Origin: an uncultured delta proteobacterium
GTDB lineage: Bacteria > Myxococcota_A > UBA9160 > UBA4427
Length of the DNA: 64,000 bases
NCBI GenBank assembly: GCA_963822965.1
Contig: CAWGJT010000010.1
Span: 320,001 to 384,000 of the forward strand
Direction of reading: 5' to 3'
Position numbers and translations under genes: made by a program. The notes under the pieces are model-generated. The model did not search any database. It was not told the DNA's origin and saw only the letters and a program-made list of their open reading frames with translations. Of this stretch, positions 10,499 to 23,068 are shown in pieces. How positions within the stretch are numbered: the stretch's first letter is position 1; each line of letters starts with the position of its first letter.

Positions 10499-10963
10499 GT
10501 GGTCCGCTTTCCTCGCGGCCGGTCCGTGGCTTCACCGGCGCCTTCCGACCAACCATCGTTCGCCAGGAAGCGCACTCCGTCGATGCGAGTCGCGCCGCGG
10601 CCTCGGCCCGACGCGAGACACCCCCCTCGGGCCCGTGGACCGGAGCCGGCGGACTATAGCCCTCACACCCTCCGCCACCAACCAAACCTTCGGAATTCCG
10701 GGGAGTTAGTGACTCGCTTACATTCCACCGAGGTCTCTATCGGCGATCCAGCCGACAAGCTTATGGACTCCGTGGCGCGAAGACGCGTTCCGACGGCATT
10801 TCGGGAGCTTCCGGGGCGGGCGCGGCCGGGCCCCCACAGGGGTGGCTGCCGCCAATTTCGGCGCCAGCGGTTGACATGCCGCCCTGGGGGTCGAGCCTTC
10901 GGCCCGCTTTTCACGCCGGCCCGACCGGCGCAGCCCTTATTTCTCTCGGGAGGCTCAAGGCCC

Positions 10964-12883
10964 ATGGCGGATTCAGGCAAGGTCATTGGAATCGACCTCG
11001 GAACGACCAACTCCGTGGTCTCGGTGATGGAGGGCGGTCAGCCCACCGTCATCGCAAACGAAGAGGGCGGGCGGACGACCCCCTCCGTGATCGCCTTCAC
11101 CGACGACGGCGAGCGCCTCGTCGGCTCGATCGCCAAGCGGCAATCGGTCACCAACCCCACCCGCACCATCTACTCGATCAAGCGCTTCATGGGGCGCCGG
11201 CTCGACGAGGTGCCCGAAGAGGTCCGCCTCGTTCCCTACGAGGTCGTGGCCGGGACCGACGGCGCCGCCGCGGTGGTCATCGACGGGAAGAGCTACACGC
11301 CGCCGGAGCTCTCGGCGATGATCCTGTCGAAGCTGAAGGCGGCGGCCGAGGCGCACCTGGGATCCACCGTGACGAGCGCGGTCATCACCGTGCCTGCGTA
11401 CTTCAACGACGCCCAGCGCCAGGCGACCAAGGACGCCGGACGCATCGCGGGTCTCGACGTGAAACGCATCATCAACGAGCCGACGGCCGCGGCCCTGGCC
11501 TACGGCCTCGACAAGCAGGAAGACGAGAAGATCGCGGTCTTCGACTTCGGCGGCGGCACCTTCGACATCTCGATCCTCGAGGTGGGCGAGAACGTCGTGG
11601 AGGTGAAGGCCACCAACGGCGACACGCACCTGGGCGGTGACAACCTCGACCAGCTGCTGATCGAGTACCTCGTCGCGGAGTTCAAGAAGGACCAGGGAAT
11701 CGACCTGATGTCGGACCCGATGGCCGTGCAGCGCCTGCGCGAGGCCGCCGAGAAGGCGAAGATCGAGCTGTCGAGCGCGCAGTCGACGGACGTCAACCTG
11801 CCGTACATCACCGCCGACAAGACGGGGCCCAAGCACCTGACGCTGAAGCTCTCCCGCGCGAAGTTCGAGCAGCTGATCGACGCCGCCGTCTCGCGCACCC
11901 TGGAGCCGTGCCGCAAGGCGCTGGCGGACGCCGGGCTGAAGCCCTCGGAGGTCGACGAGGTGGTGCTCGTCGGCGGCTCGACGCGCATTCCGCTCGTGCA
12001 GCGAAAGGTGAAGGAGCTCTTCGGGCGCGAGCCCAACCAGACGGTCAACCCCGACGAGGTGGTGGCCGTGGGCGCCGCCGTGCAGGGCGGCGTTCTCGCC
12101 GGCGAGGTGAAGGACGTCCTGCTGCTGGACGTGACGCCCCTGTCCCTGGGCATCGAGACCCTCGGTGGGGTCATGACGAAGCTGATCGAGCGCAACACGA
12201 CCATTCCCACCAAGGCCCAGCAGACCTTCTCGACGGCGGCGGACAATCAGCCGCAGGTGGAGATCCGGGTGCTGCAGGGCGAGCGGGAGATGGCGTCCGA
12301 CAACCGCGAGATCGGGCGCTTCTTCCTCGACGGGATCCCGCCGGCGCCGCGCGGCATGCCGCAGGTCGAGGTCACCTTCGACATCGACGCGAACGGCATC
12401 CTGTCGGTCTCGGCCAAGGACAAGGCGATCGGCAAGGAGCAGTCGGTGCGCATCGAGGGCGCCGGCGGCCTGGCCAAGGACGAGATCGAGCGGATGGTCA
12501 AGGACGCCGAGGCGCACGCCGCGGAGGACCACGCCCGCCGCGAGGGGATCGAGAAGAGGAACAACCTCGATTCGATCATCTACCAGGGCGAGAAGACCCT
12601 GGCGGACAGCGGCGAGAAGCTCGACGAGGCGGCTCGGAAGGGTCTGGAAGGCGTGCTCGCGGAGGCCCGGAAGGACCTCGAAGAGGGCGACCCGGCGCGC
12701 ATCGACGCCGCCCTGCAGCGGGTGCAGGCGGAGCTCCACAAGGTGGCGGAGCAGCTCTACAAGGCCGAGTCGGCGGGCGCCGAAGCGCCCGGCGCCGGCG
12801 CCGCCCCGGGCGGCGGGGGTGCGGCCTCGGGAGCCGACGACGTGATCGACGCCGAGTACACCGAGAAGCCCGAGGAGAGCTGA
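10964..12883 (+). CDS. dnaK: Chaperone DnaK
   Basis: [26 protein letters not shown]-terminal DAEY; GGAGG RBS. Confidence 0.98.
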   Translation: MADSGKVIGIDLGTTNSVVSVMEGGQPTVIANEEGGRTTPSVIAFTDDGERLVGSIAKRQSVTNPTRTIYSIKRFMGRRLDEVPEEVRLVPYEVVAGTDGAAAVVIDGKSYTPPELSAMILSKLKAAAEAHLGSTVTSAVITVPAYFNDAQRQATKDAGRIAGLDVKRIINEPTAAALAYGLDKQEDEKIAVFDFGGGTFDISILEVGENVVEVKATNGDTHLGGDNLDQLLIEYLVAEFKKDQGIDLMSDPMAVQRLREAAEKAKIELSSAQSTDVNLPYITADKTGPKHLTLKLSRAKFEQLIDAAVSRTLEPCRKALADAGLKPSEVDEVVLVGGSTRIPLVQRKVKELFGREPNQTVNPDEVVAVGAAVQGGVLAGEVKDVLLLDVTPLSLGIETLGGVMTKLIERNTTIPTKAQQTFSTAADNQPQVEIRVLQGEREMASDNREIGRFFLDGIPPAPRGMPQVEVTFDIDANGILSVSAKDKAIGKEQSVRIEGAGGLAKDEIERMVKDAEAHAAEDHARREGIEKRNNLDSIIYQGEKTLADSGEKLDEAARKGLEGVLAEARKDLEEGDPARIDAALQRVQAELHKVAEQLYKAESAGAEAPGAGAAPGGGGAASGADDVIDAEYTEKPEES

Positions 12884-12911
12884 GATTCGCCAGCGTCGTG
12901 ATCCGGATCCG

Positions 12912-13273
12912 TTGAACGAGCTCCTGGGCGAGTTCTCCGAGCGCTTGCGCGGCGATCCCTGGAAGCCGGCCGTGGACATCTTCGAGACGGACAGCGAGGT
13001 GTTCGTCCGTCTCGAGATGGCCGGCGTGCGGGGCGAGGACCTGCGTGTGAACGTGGACGCGGACGTGCTCCGCATCCGCGGCGTGCGCAGGACCCCGGCG
13101 GTGGACGGCGTGCGACGCCTGCACCAGATGGAGATCGCCTTCGGGCCCTTCGAGACGAGCGTCCGGCTCGGCATTCCCTTCGATCGCGACGGGGTGAGCG
13201 CCCACCTGGAGGACGGTCTCCTCGAGGTGCGCCTGCCCAAGCGCCGGCGCGTGCGCGTCGAGGTCCAGAGCGG

Positions 13274-13277
<4 letters not shown>
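12912..13277 (+). CDS. Hsp20/alpha-crystallin small heat shock protein
   Basis: WKPAVDIFET; EIAFGPFE; DGLLEVRLPK; start uncertain. Confidence 0.9.
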
Positions 13278-15721
<2,444 letters not shown>

Positions 15722-15761
15722 GCCGACCCGCTCCCGGGGGAGCGTCGTCCGACGCGTCCTC

Positions 15762-16598
15762 GTGGCTTCGAAGCTCCTGCCGTTGGCCCTCGTGGTTGCG
15801 CTCTCCGGCTGCGTGCTGCCCGGCACCTACGATCGCGTGGTCTCGGAGCGCGACGCGCTGGTCGCCGCGAAGCGCGACCTGGAAGAGCAGGTGCGCCTGC
15901 TGCGGATCGCGAACAAGAGCCTCGACGACCACGTGGCGAAGCTCGTGGACGAGCGCGAATCGCTGCTCGTCAAGCGCGACGAGCTCGAGTCGAACCTGAA
16001 GACGACCCGCGCGAAGCAGGAGCACCTGGCGAGCACCCTGCAGACCCGCGAGGAGGAGCTCGCCGTGACCGCCGCCGCCCTCGTCGAGCAGAGTGCCCGC
16101 GTCGACGAGCTCCAGAACACCTACGACGGCCTGGTCGGCGATCTGGAGGCAGAGGTCGCCAAGGGCGAGATCCGGATCGAGCAGCTGAAGGAAGGGCTCC
16201 AGGTGGGTGTCTCCCAGGACATCCTGTTTCCGTCCGGCTCGGCCGTCCTGAACGCCGACGGGACGAAGGTGCTGAAGACCGTGGCGTCGCGCCTCGCGAA
16301 CCTCTCCTACGCCATCGCCGTGGAGGGTCACAGCGACAACCTGCCCATCCGGGGATCTCTCCAGCAGCGCTACCCCACGAACTGGGAGCTGGCCGGTGCC
16401 CGGGCCGCGAGCGTCGTCCGGCTCTTCGTGGAGTCGGGGCTCGACGGCTCCCGCCTGACGGCCGTCTCCCACGGATCGACGGCCCCCATCGCCCCGAACG
16501 ACACACCCGAGGGCCGAGCCCTCAACCGCCGGATCGAGATCCGGCTGCGCCCGCTGGGAGACGACGGCGGCGCCGCCTCCCGCCCCCCGAGCTCGTGA
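15762..16598 (+). CDS. OmpA/MotB-family peptidoglycan-binding lipoprotein with coiled coil
   Basis: Lipobox LSGC; VEGHSD; NWELAGARA; NRRIEI; start uncertain (15675 or 15762). Confidence 0.85.
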   Translation: MASKLLPLALVVALSGCVLPGTYDRVVSERDALVAAKRDLEEQVRLLRIANKSLDDHVAKLVDERESLLVKRDELESNLKTTRAKQEHLASTLQTREEELAVTAAALVEQSARVDELQNTYDGLVGDLEAEVAKGEIRIEQLKEGLQVGVSQDILFPSGSAVLNADGTKVLKTVASRLANLSYAIAVEGHSDNLPIRGSLQQRYPTNWELAGARAASVVRLFVESGLDGSRLTAVSHGSTAPIAPNDTPEGRALNRRIEIRLRPLGDDGGAASRPPSS

Positions 16599-17911
16599 GC
16601 TCACGCGATCGCCTGCAGGCGATCCTGGCTGCGGCCCTCCACGCAGTAGATGCGGGGCAGGCGGTGGCGCGCGCGCTGGGGCGCGAAGGGCGGCCCGGGG
16701 CCGGCGACCGGTTGCGGATCGCGGGCGATCCGGTGGCCCCTGACGCCCGGCTCTTCGTGCTCGCGCTCGGCAAGGCGGCGTGTCCCATGGCGGCCGCCGT
16801 CGAGCGCGTGGCGGGCGATCGCATCGCCGGGGGCCTGGCGGTGACCCGGGATGGCCACGGCGCGCCGCTCTCGTGCATGGCGGTCCGGGAAGCCGGGCAC
16901 CCCCTGCCCGACGCGCGCAGCGAGGCGGCGGCGCGCGAGGCGCTGGCATGCGCGGCGCGCGCGCGCCCGACCGACCTGCTGCTGGTGCTGCTCTCGGGGG
17001 GCGCGTCCGCGCTCACCGCCTGTCCGGCGGCGGGCCTGGACCTCGACGATCTCGTCGGCACCACCCGCGCGCTGCTCGCCTGCGGCGCGGACATCCACGA
17101 GATGAACACCGTCCGGAAGCACCTGAGCGCCTTCTCGGGAGGGTGGCTCGCCCGGGCCGCGGGCAGCGAGGCCATCGCCGTGCTGGTCGTCTCCGACGTT
17201 CCCGGGGACCGGCTCGACGTCATCGGCTCCGGCCCCTGCACGCCGGACCCCAGCACCTACGCCCAGGCCTTGTCGGTGCTCTCGCGCTACGGCGTCGAAG
17301 AAGCCGTGCCGCGGGCGGCGCGGGAAGCCCTGCTTGCCGGGGCGCGCGGGGCGCGGCCCGAGACGCCCAAGCCCGACGACCCGCGCTTCCCGCGCGTGCG
17401 GCAGACGATCGTGGCCCGCAACGCGGACGCGCGGCGGGCGGCCCTCGCCCAGGCCCGGGCCGAGGGCCTCGACGGGCGGGATCTGGGTGAGGTGCTCCGC
17501 GGCGAGGCGCGCGAGCAGGGCGTGAGGCTCGTCCGTCTCGCCCGGGAGACGCGCGGCGGGCGCCCCGCGTGCTGGGTGGCCGGGGGCGAGACGACCGTCA
17601 CGCTCCGGGGCCCGGGGCGGGGTGGCCGCAACCAGGAGCTGGCGCTCGCGGCCGCCCTCGCGCTGGCCGAGGAGGGACCCGAGGTGGCGCTGCTGGCCGC
17701 GGGGACCGACGGCAGCGACGGTCCCACGGACGCCGCCGGCGCCTTCGTGGACGCCGGCACCGTCGCACGCGGGGCCGCGGCGGGCGCCGACGCAGCGGCC
17801 GCGCTGGCCGCCAACGACTCCTACGGGTTCTTCGCCCGGGAGGGGGGACTCGTCACCACGGGCCCCACCGGCACCAACGTGATGGACCTCGCCCTCGTCG
17901 AGGTTCGCTGA
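16595..17911 (+). CDS. Glycerate kinase, MOFRL family
   Basis: LGKAA; LSGGASAL; SDVPGD; GGETTV; GGRNQE; GTDGSDG; TGTNVMD. Confidence 0.93.
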   Translation: MSSRDRLQAILAAALHAVDAGQAVARALGREGRPGAGDRLRIAGDPVAPDARLFVLALGKAACPMAAAVERVAGDRIAGGLAVTRDGHGAPLSCMAVREAGHPLPDARSEAAAREALACAARARPTDLLLVLLSGGASALTACPAAGLDLDDLVGTTRALLACGADIHEMNTVRKHLSAFSGGWLARAAGSEAIAVLVVSDVPGDRLDVIGSGPCTPDPSTYAQALSVLSRYGVEEAVPRAAREALLAGARGARPETPKPDDPRFPRVRQTIVARNADARRAALAQARAEGLDGRDLGEVLRGEAREQGVRLVRLARETRGGRPACWVAGGETTVTLRGPGRGGRNQELALAAALALAEEGPEVALLAAGTDGSDGPTDAAGAFVDAGTVARGAAAGADAAAALAANDSYGFFAREGGLVTTGPTGTNVMDLALVEVR

Positions 17912-17945
17912 CCGCTCCTCGCGGCTTCCGGGCGCCGGGCGGGGC

Positions 17946-18977
17946 TCAGGCCGCCTCGAGCTCCTCGCGGTAGCTCCCGCTGCGCGCGAGCCCGTTCAGG
18001 CGCGCGCGCTTCAGGATGGCCTTCTGGGCGTCGCCGACGTTCTCCTTGCGGCCGGCCCAGGCCGACAGGGCGGGAGCCTGCAGGGCGCGCCCGTAGCTGA
18101 AGCTCAGCTGCCACGGGAAGCCGCCGATCCGGTTCATCTCGTTCAGGTGGGCCGTCGCGATCTCGTCGCTCTGGCCGCCCGACAGGAACACCACCCCCGG
18201 CATGGCCGGCGGCACGGTGTTCGAGAGGCAGCGGATCGTCTGGATGGCCACCTCGTGGACGCTCGCCTGCTGCGGGCAGTCGCTCCCCGAGAGCACCATG
18301 TTCGGCTTCAGGAGGATCTGCTCCAGGGGCACCCGCTGCCTCGCGAGGGCGGCGAAGACCGCGAGCTGGGTGCGGTAGGTGGCGTCGTAGCAGGCCTCGA
18401 TGGTGTGGCTGCCGTCCATCAGCACCTCGGGCTCGACGATGGGCACGAGGCCGTTCTCCACCGACAGCGCCGCGTAGCGGGCGAGGGCGTGGGCGTTCAC
18501 GTCGATGCAGGTGTCGCTCGGCAGACCATCGCCGATGGTGATCACCGCCCGCCACTTCGCGAAGCGGGCGCCCATGCCGGCGTACTCCACCAGCCGGTCG
18601 CGCAGGCCATCGAGCCCCTCGGTGACCTTCTCGCCGGGGCATCCGGCCAGCTCCTTCGCGCCGGTGTCCACCTTGATGCCCGGAATGATGCCCGCCTGCT
18701 GGAGGGCTTCGGGGACGGGCTTCCCGCTGGAGGCGTTCTGCCGGATCGTCTCGTCGTAGAGGATCACGCCGCTCACGAACTCCGAGAGGCCGGACGCGCT
18801 GAAGATGGCGTCGCGGTAGGCGATGCGGGACTCGGGGGTGGAGTCGACGTTGATCGAGGCGAAGCGCTTGCCGATGGTCCCGGTGCTCTCGTCGGCGGCG
18901 AGGATTCCCTTCTTCGGAGCGACGAGCTCCCGGGCGGTCTCCTCGAGCTTCTTGGCGTGGGGATGGGTCTTCTTCAT
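17946..18977 (-). CDS. Class I fructose-bisphosphate aldolase
   Basis: GILAADES; GIKVDTG; FAKWRAV; PIVEPEV; LKPNM; FSYGRALQ. Confidence 0.96.
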   Translation of the reverse strand: MKKTHPHAKKLEETARELVAPKKGILAADESTGTIGKRFASINVDSTPESRIAYRDAIFSASGLSEFVSGVILYDETIRQNASSGKPVPEALQQAGIIPGIKVDTGAKELAGCPGEKVTEGLDGLRDRLVEYAGMGARFAKWRAVITIGDGLPSDTCIDVNAHALARYAALSVENGLVPIVEPEVLMDGSHTIEACYDATYRTQLAVFAALARQRVPLEQILLKPNMVLSGSDCPQQASVHEVAIQTIRCLSNTVPPAMPGVVFLSGGQSDEIATAHLNEMNRIGGFPWQLSFSYGRALQAPALSAWAGRKENVGDAQKAILKRARLNGLARSGSYREELEAA

Positions 18978-19118
18978 GGGGCTGCTCCTGGTCCGCGCGG
19001 GGTACGACGAGATGCCGGCGCGGAATGCGTTGAACGGGCCCGGATGATAGCGAGGCGGGCTGCGGATGGCGGGGGTAGACTCGTCCTGGATCGAGAGGCT
19101 TCCGGAAGGGGAGGGACT

Positions 19119-19601
19119 GTGGCGATCAGCGCCGACGAATTCAGGGCCGCCCTGGCGACCCGGGCCGGCGCCGTTGCGATCGTGACCGCCCGAGCGGGCG
19201 AGCGGGTGCACGGCATGACGGTGACCGACTGGGCCGGGGTGTCCGTCGATCCGCCGCTGGTGCTCGTGTGCGCGGACAAGAAGTCGAACACCCTGGACAT
19301 GATCGAGAAGGGCAAGTGCTTCGCGATCAACGTGCTGGCGTCCGACCAGTGGGAGCTGTCGAATCGGTTCGCCTCCAAGCGGGACGAGTGGACGCGCTTC
19401 GAGGGGCTCGCCGTCGAAGAGGGGGAGACGGGGGCGCCGCTCCTGTGTGAGGCGGTCACCTGCCTCGACTGCAGCGTGGTGGCACAGCACGAGGCGGGGG
19501 ATCACTGGATCTTCGTCGGCCGCATCGAGCACGTCGTGCGCCGGGAGGGAGAGCCCCTCGTGTACCTGGACGGGGCGTATCGCCGCCTCGCCGACACCTG
19601 A
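19119..19601 (+). CDS. Flavin reductase family protein
   Basis: FRAAL; VSVDPPLV; FAINVL; AGDHWIFVG; GTG start after GGAGGG. Confidence 0.9.
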   Translation: MAISADEFRAALATRAGAVAIVTARAGERVHGMTVTDWAGVSVDPPLVLVCADKKSNTLDMIEKGKCFAINVLASDQWELSNRFASKRDEWTRFEGLAVEEGETGAPLLCEAVTCLDCSVVAQHEAGDHWIFVGRIEHVVRREGEPLVYLDGAYRRLADT

Positions 19602-19631
19602 GCGGGTCGACCGCTCGAGGAAGCGAATCGA

Positions 19632-20282
19632 ATGCCGGATCTGCGCTTCATCGTCTACTCCGACTATCTCTGACCCTGGTGCGTGAACGCAGACGGTCGT
19701 CTGCGCCGACTCGAGGCGGAGTATGGAGGCCGGGTGGAGCTCGAGTTCAAGAGCTTCCTGCTGCGGCCGCACCCGCGTCCCGCGCCTCGGGACGCGCTGG
19801 AGGCCGCCCAGGCGCTGGAGAAGTTCCGGGCCTACACGAAGGGCTGGGAGCGCATCGCGGCGGAGCCCGACGCGGGCGAGCTGCATGCCTGGACGGGAGA
19901 CGAGGGTCCGCCCTCCCACAGCATTCCGGCGCACCTCGTCGCCAAGGCGGCCGGTCGCTACGGACGCGAGGCCTTCCGCCGCATGCACGAGCGGCTGCTG
20001 CGGGCGTACTTCGTCGATCATCGGGACATCAGCCGGGAGCCGGTGCTGCGCGAGCTGTGGCTCGACGTGTCGCTACCCGAAGAAGGCTTCGCGGGCCACC
20101 GCGATCCGGCGCTGCTCGAGGCGGTGCTCGCGGACCACGACGAGGCGATTCAGCTCGGCGCCACGGGGGTGCCGGCGGTTCGTCTCGACGGCAACCCGGC
20201 GGTGATCGTGGGCGCCCAGCCCGTGCTGCTCTATCGGCGCTGGATCGAGCGGACGCTGGCCCGGGCGGAGGCGGCCCCGTGA
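19632..20282 (+). CDS. DsbA/FrnE-like thioredoxin-fold selenoprotein (UPWC)
   Basis: ATG 19632 reads MPDLRFIVYSDYL-TGA(19671-73)-PWC in frame with the downstream ORF; C-terminal GATGVPAV and GAQP. Confidence 0.85.
19688..19705 (+). promoter_or_regulatory. Candidate bacterial SECIS hairpin
   Basis: Perfect 7-bp stem CGCAGAC-GGTC-GTCTGCG; loop starts with G, 21 nt after the UGA. Confidence 0.72.
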
Positions 20283-21061
20283 CCGTCGCGAGCCCCGCAG
20301 AGCTCTTCTCGCTCGCTGGCCGGGTGGCCCTGGTCACCGGGGCGTCGGCGGGCCTCGGGGTCGGCCTCGCCGAGGGGCTGGCGGCGGCCGGCGCGCGGGT
20401 CGTCGTGGCGGCGCGCCGGGAGGACCGCCTGAAGGAGCTGGCCGCGCGGCTCGAGGCGGCCGGTAGCGAGTGCCTGGCGGTGCCCTGCGACGTGGCCGAC
20501 GAGGCCGCCGTCGACGCCCTGGTGGCGCGCAGCCTCGAGCGCTTCGATCGAGTGGACGTGCTCGTCAACAACGCCGGCATCACCGAGGTGGTGGCGGCCG
20601 AGGACGAGCCCCTCGACGCCTTCGACCGGGTGACGGCCGTCAATCTGCGGGGCCTCTTCGTCTGCTGCCAGCGCTTCGGGCGTCACATGCTCGCGCGCGA
20701 GAGCGGTGCCATCGTGAACGTCGCCTCGATGCTCGGCCAGGTGGGCTCGGGGCAGGTCCCCCAGGCGAGCTACGCGGCCACCAAGGGAGGCGTCATCAAC
20801 CTCACCCGCGAGCTGGCGGCGCAGTGGGCGCGCCGGGGCGTGCGCGTGAACGCCATCGCTCCGGGCTGGTTCGCCAGCGAGATGACCGAGGAGATGTTCG
20901 GCAGCGAGCGCAGCCACAAGTGGATGCGCAACCGGACGCCCATGGGCCGCCCCGGGCGCGAGGGCGAGCTCCTGGGGGCGCTGCTCTTCCTGGCGAGCGA
21001 CGCCTCGACGTTCGTGACCGGGCAGACCGTCACCGTGGACGGCGGCTGGACGATCGTCTGA
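20279..21061 (+). CDS. Short-chain dehydrogenase/reductase
   Basis: TGASAGLG; NNAG; YAATK; VNAIAPG; VDGG; GTGA overlap with the upstream gene. Confidence 0.93.
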   Translation: MTVASPAELFSLAGRVALVTGASAGLGVGLAEGLAAAGARVVVAARREDRLKELAARLEAAGSECLAVPCDVADEAAVDALVARSLERFDRVDVLVNNAGITEVVAAEDEPLDAFDRVTAVNLRGLFVCCQRFGRHMLARESGAIVNVASMLGQVGSGQVPQASYAATKGGVINLTRELAAQWARRGVRVNAIAPGWFASEMTEEMFGSERSHKWMRNRTPMGRPGREGELLGALLFLASDASTFVTGQTVTVDGGWTIV

Positions 21062-21072
21062 TCCGAAGGCCG

Positions 21073-21405
21073 TCAGCCCGCGCCGCTGGCGCGGGCCCAG
21101 TCGCGCGCCCAGGCCTCGAGGGGACCGAGGGCCTTGCAGAGCCGTGCGCCCTGGCGGCTCAGCGCGTAGCCCGCCGTGGTCTTCTCGACGACGCCGGCCT
21201 CTCGCAGCTCGCGCAGCCGCGTGTTGAGGACCGTGGGCGAGACGCCCTCGCAGGCGTCCTGCACGGCCCGGAAGGTGAGGGCGCCGCCGCGCAGCTCCCA
21301 CAGGACGCGCAGCGTCCAGCGTCGTCCCAGCAGGTCGAGGGCGGCCATGATCGGCCGCCCGGTCCGCGAGCCCCGCACGGGGCGGCCGGGCCTGGGCGTG
21401 GGCAT
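21073..21405 (-). CDS. HxlR-family winged-helix regulator
   Basis: ALDLLGRRWTLRVLWEL; GVSPTVLNTRLREL; YALS. Confidence 0.9.
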   Translation of the reverse strand: MPTPRPGRPVRGSRTGRPIMAALDLLGRRWTLRVLWELRGGALTFRAVQDACEGVSPTVLNTRLRELREAGVVEKTTAGYALSRQGARLCKALGPLEAWARDWARASGAG

Positions 21406-21451
21406 CGGGGCTTCCTCCGAATCGACGGCACGTTGGCCGGCTATCCCTTGC

Positions 21452-21503
21452 GCTACTGAAAACGTAGTGATAGCTTGTCGCTCGACGCTACGGAAAACGT
21501 AGC
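21452..21503. promoter_or_regulatory. Two palindromic operator boxes GCTAC-N7-GTAG(T/C)
   Basis: gctactgaaaacgtagt (21452-68) and gctacggaaaacgtagc (21487-503), 35 bp apart in the divergent spacer. Confidence 0.6.
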
Positions 21504-21526
21504 TCTCCCCCGACCGGAGGTCACCC

Positions 21527-22075
21527 ATGGCCGCACCCCGCATCGCCCCCCTGGAGCCGCCCTATGCACCCGAGGTGCAGAAGCTCTTCGATCTCGTCAT
21601 GCCGCCGGGCCGCGACCCCTTGATGCTCTTTCGGGTGGTGGGCACGAGCGCGCGCATCCTGCCGCGCTTCATGCGGACGGGCGTCCTGGATCCCGGCCCG
21701 GTGGACGTGCGCGACCGCGAGCTCGTCATCCACCGCACGACGGCCCGCTGCGGCTCGGAGTACGAGTGGGGCGTGCACGTCGCCGCGTTCGCGCGTCCCC
21801 TGGGCCTCTCGGAGGCGTGGATCCGCGCAACCCGCGAAGCCGGCCCCGACGACGCGATCTGGAGCGAGAGGGAGCGGAGCCTCGTCCGCCTGTGCGACGA
21901 GCTGCACGATACGTCGACGATCTCCGAGCCGCTCTGGCAGGAGCTCCAGCGACACTTCGACGCGGACCAGCTCCTCGAGCTGATCTACGCCGCGGGCCTG
22001 TACCACGCCGTCTCGTACCTGACGAACGCCCTGGCGCTACCCCGCGAGCCGATGGCCCCCGGCTTCCCCACCTGA
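21527..22075 (+). CDS. Carboxymuconolactone decarboxylase/AhpD-like protein
   Basis: RELVIHRTTARCGSEYEWGVH; LCDELH. Confidence 0.85.
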   Translation: MAAPRIAPLEPPYAPEVQKLFDLVMPPGRDPLMLFRVVGTSARILPRFMRTGVLDPGPVDVRDRELVIHRTTARCGSEYEWGVHVAAFARPLGLSEAWIRATREAGPDDAIWSERERSLVRLCDELHDTSTISEPLWQELQRHFDADQLLELIYAAGLYHAVSYLTNALALPREPMAPGFPT

Positions 22076-22152
22076 CCCGAAGCCGGGACCCCGAGAGCTC
22101 GACCCGGATCCACCGCCCTCCGACCGGCCGGGCGTGAACCCGGCCCGGTGAG

Positions 22153-22908
22153 TCAGCGCGGGCGGCTACGCCGACCCCCGAAGGCGATTCCCGCGAGCCC
22201 GATTCCCAGCAGCAGACCCGTGCCCGGCTCGGGGACGAGGAAGATGGTGCCCGCAAACGTGGCGCTGCCCTGCCAGAACACCGCGTTGAAGGTCTCGCCC
22301 GACGCCAGGGTCCCGGCCAGGGCGCCGGTCTCCGCCGAGAGGGCGCCGAGCGGAACCGGAGCGCCGTCCACCGTGAACTGTCTGCCTCGAATCCGGATCT
22401 CCGACGAGTCGCGCGCCTGGATGACTCCGTCGATCAGCTCGCCGCCGCTCCAGTCGATCACCCCTTCGCCGTAGCCGAAAAGCCCGGTCGTGAGAGTGCC
22501 GCCGCTGAACGTGATCCGCGCCCGATCGAGCACTTGGAGAGCCCCGCCCGACGTGGTCGGGAGGCCCACCGCCCCGCCGCTCACGAAGAAGAGCGAATCG
22601 CCCGCGGCCGTCACGCTGCCCCAGACCGTCCCGCCCTCGATGCGCACCGTCGAGGTGTCGCCAGATCGGAGCTGGCTGCCGACCACCCCGCCGTCCCGCA
22701 CGGTGAGCCGCGTCGGAGCTCCCGGGCTCGCACACGGCCCGGTGAGCGTGTCGCATCCGACGTTGCGTACGAAGAGCTGATGGTACGTGTAGGCGACCGT
22801 GTCCACGACGTGGTCGCCCCCGTCGTTGATGAGGATCTGGGCCGCGGAGGCGGCCTGAGCCGTCGCGACCAGGAGACCCGCTCCCCAAACCAGCAATGAC
22901 GCCTTCAT
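22153..22908 (-). CDS. PEP-CTERM surface protein with GG-containing beta-solenoid-like repeats
   Basis: Signal peptide; C-terminal VPEPGT + TM + RRSRPR; repeated xxSGGxV units. Confidence 0.85.
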   Translation of the reverse strand: MKASLLVWGAGLLVATAQAASAAQILINDGGDHVVDTVAYTYHQLFVRNVGCDTLTGPCASPGAPTRLTVRDGGVVGSQLRSGDTSTVRIEGGTVWGSVTAAGDSLFFVSGGAVGLPTTSGGALQVLDRARITFSGGTLTTGLFGYGEGVIDWSGGELIDGVIQARDSSEIRIRGRQFTVDGAPVPLGALSAETGALAGTLASGETFNAVFWQGSATFAGTIFLVPEPGTGLLLGIGLAGIAFGGRRSRPR

Positions 22909-23068
22909 TCGGCCTACCCCACGCCATCCTCTCAAGATTTCGGGCCCGGAGTCAAGTCACGATGGCCGGACTCGAGTCCAGGCTCGACGGCGCCGGGCCC
23001 GCGCTGACCTCCGGATGGAGCTGCGCGGGCGCGAGTCACCGTAGGGAGTCGCGGAATAGATCGCGCCC

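Noticed and set aside
10700..10900. CIRCE-like TTAGTGACTC and a TTGACA upstream of dnaK
   Set aside because: No matching second CIRCE arm and no convincing -10 at the correct spacing
9845..10963. Long N-terminal extensions on dnaK, gspD, gspG, dinB, degT and rrf2 in the ORF track
   Set aside because: Upstream in-frame run-through over neighbouring genes; homology and RBS begin at the trimmed starts
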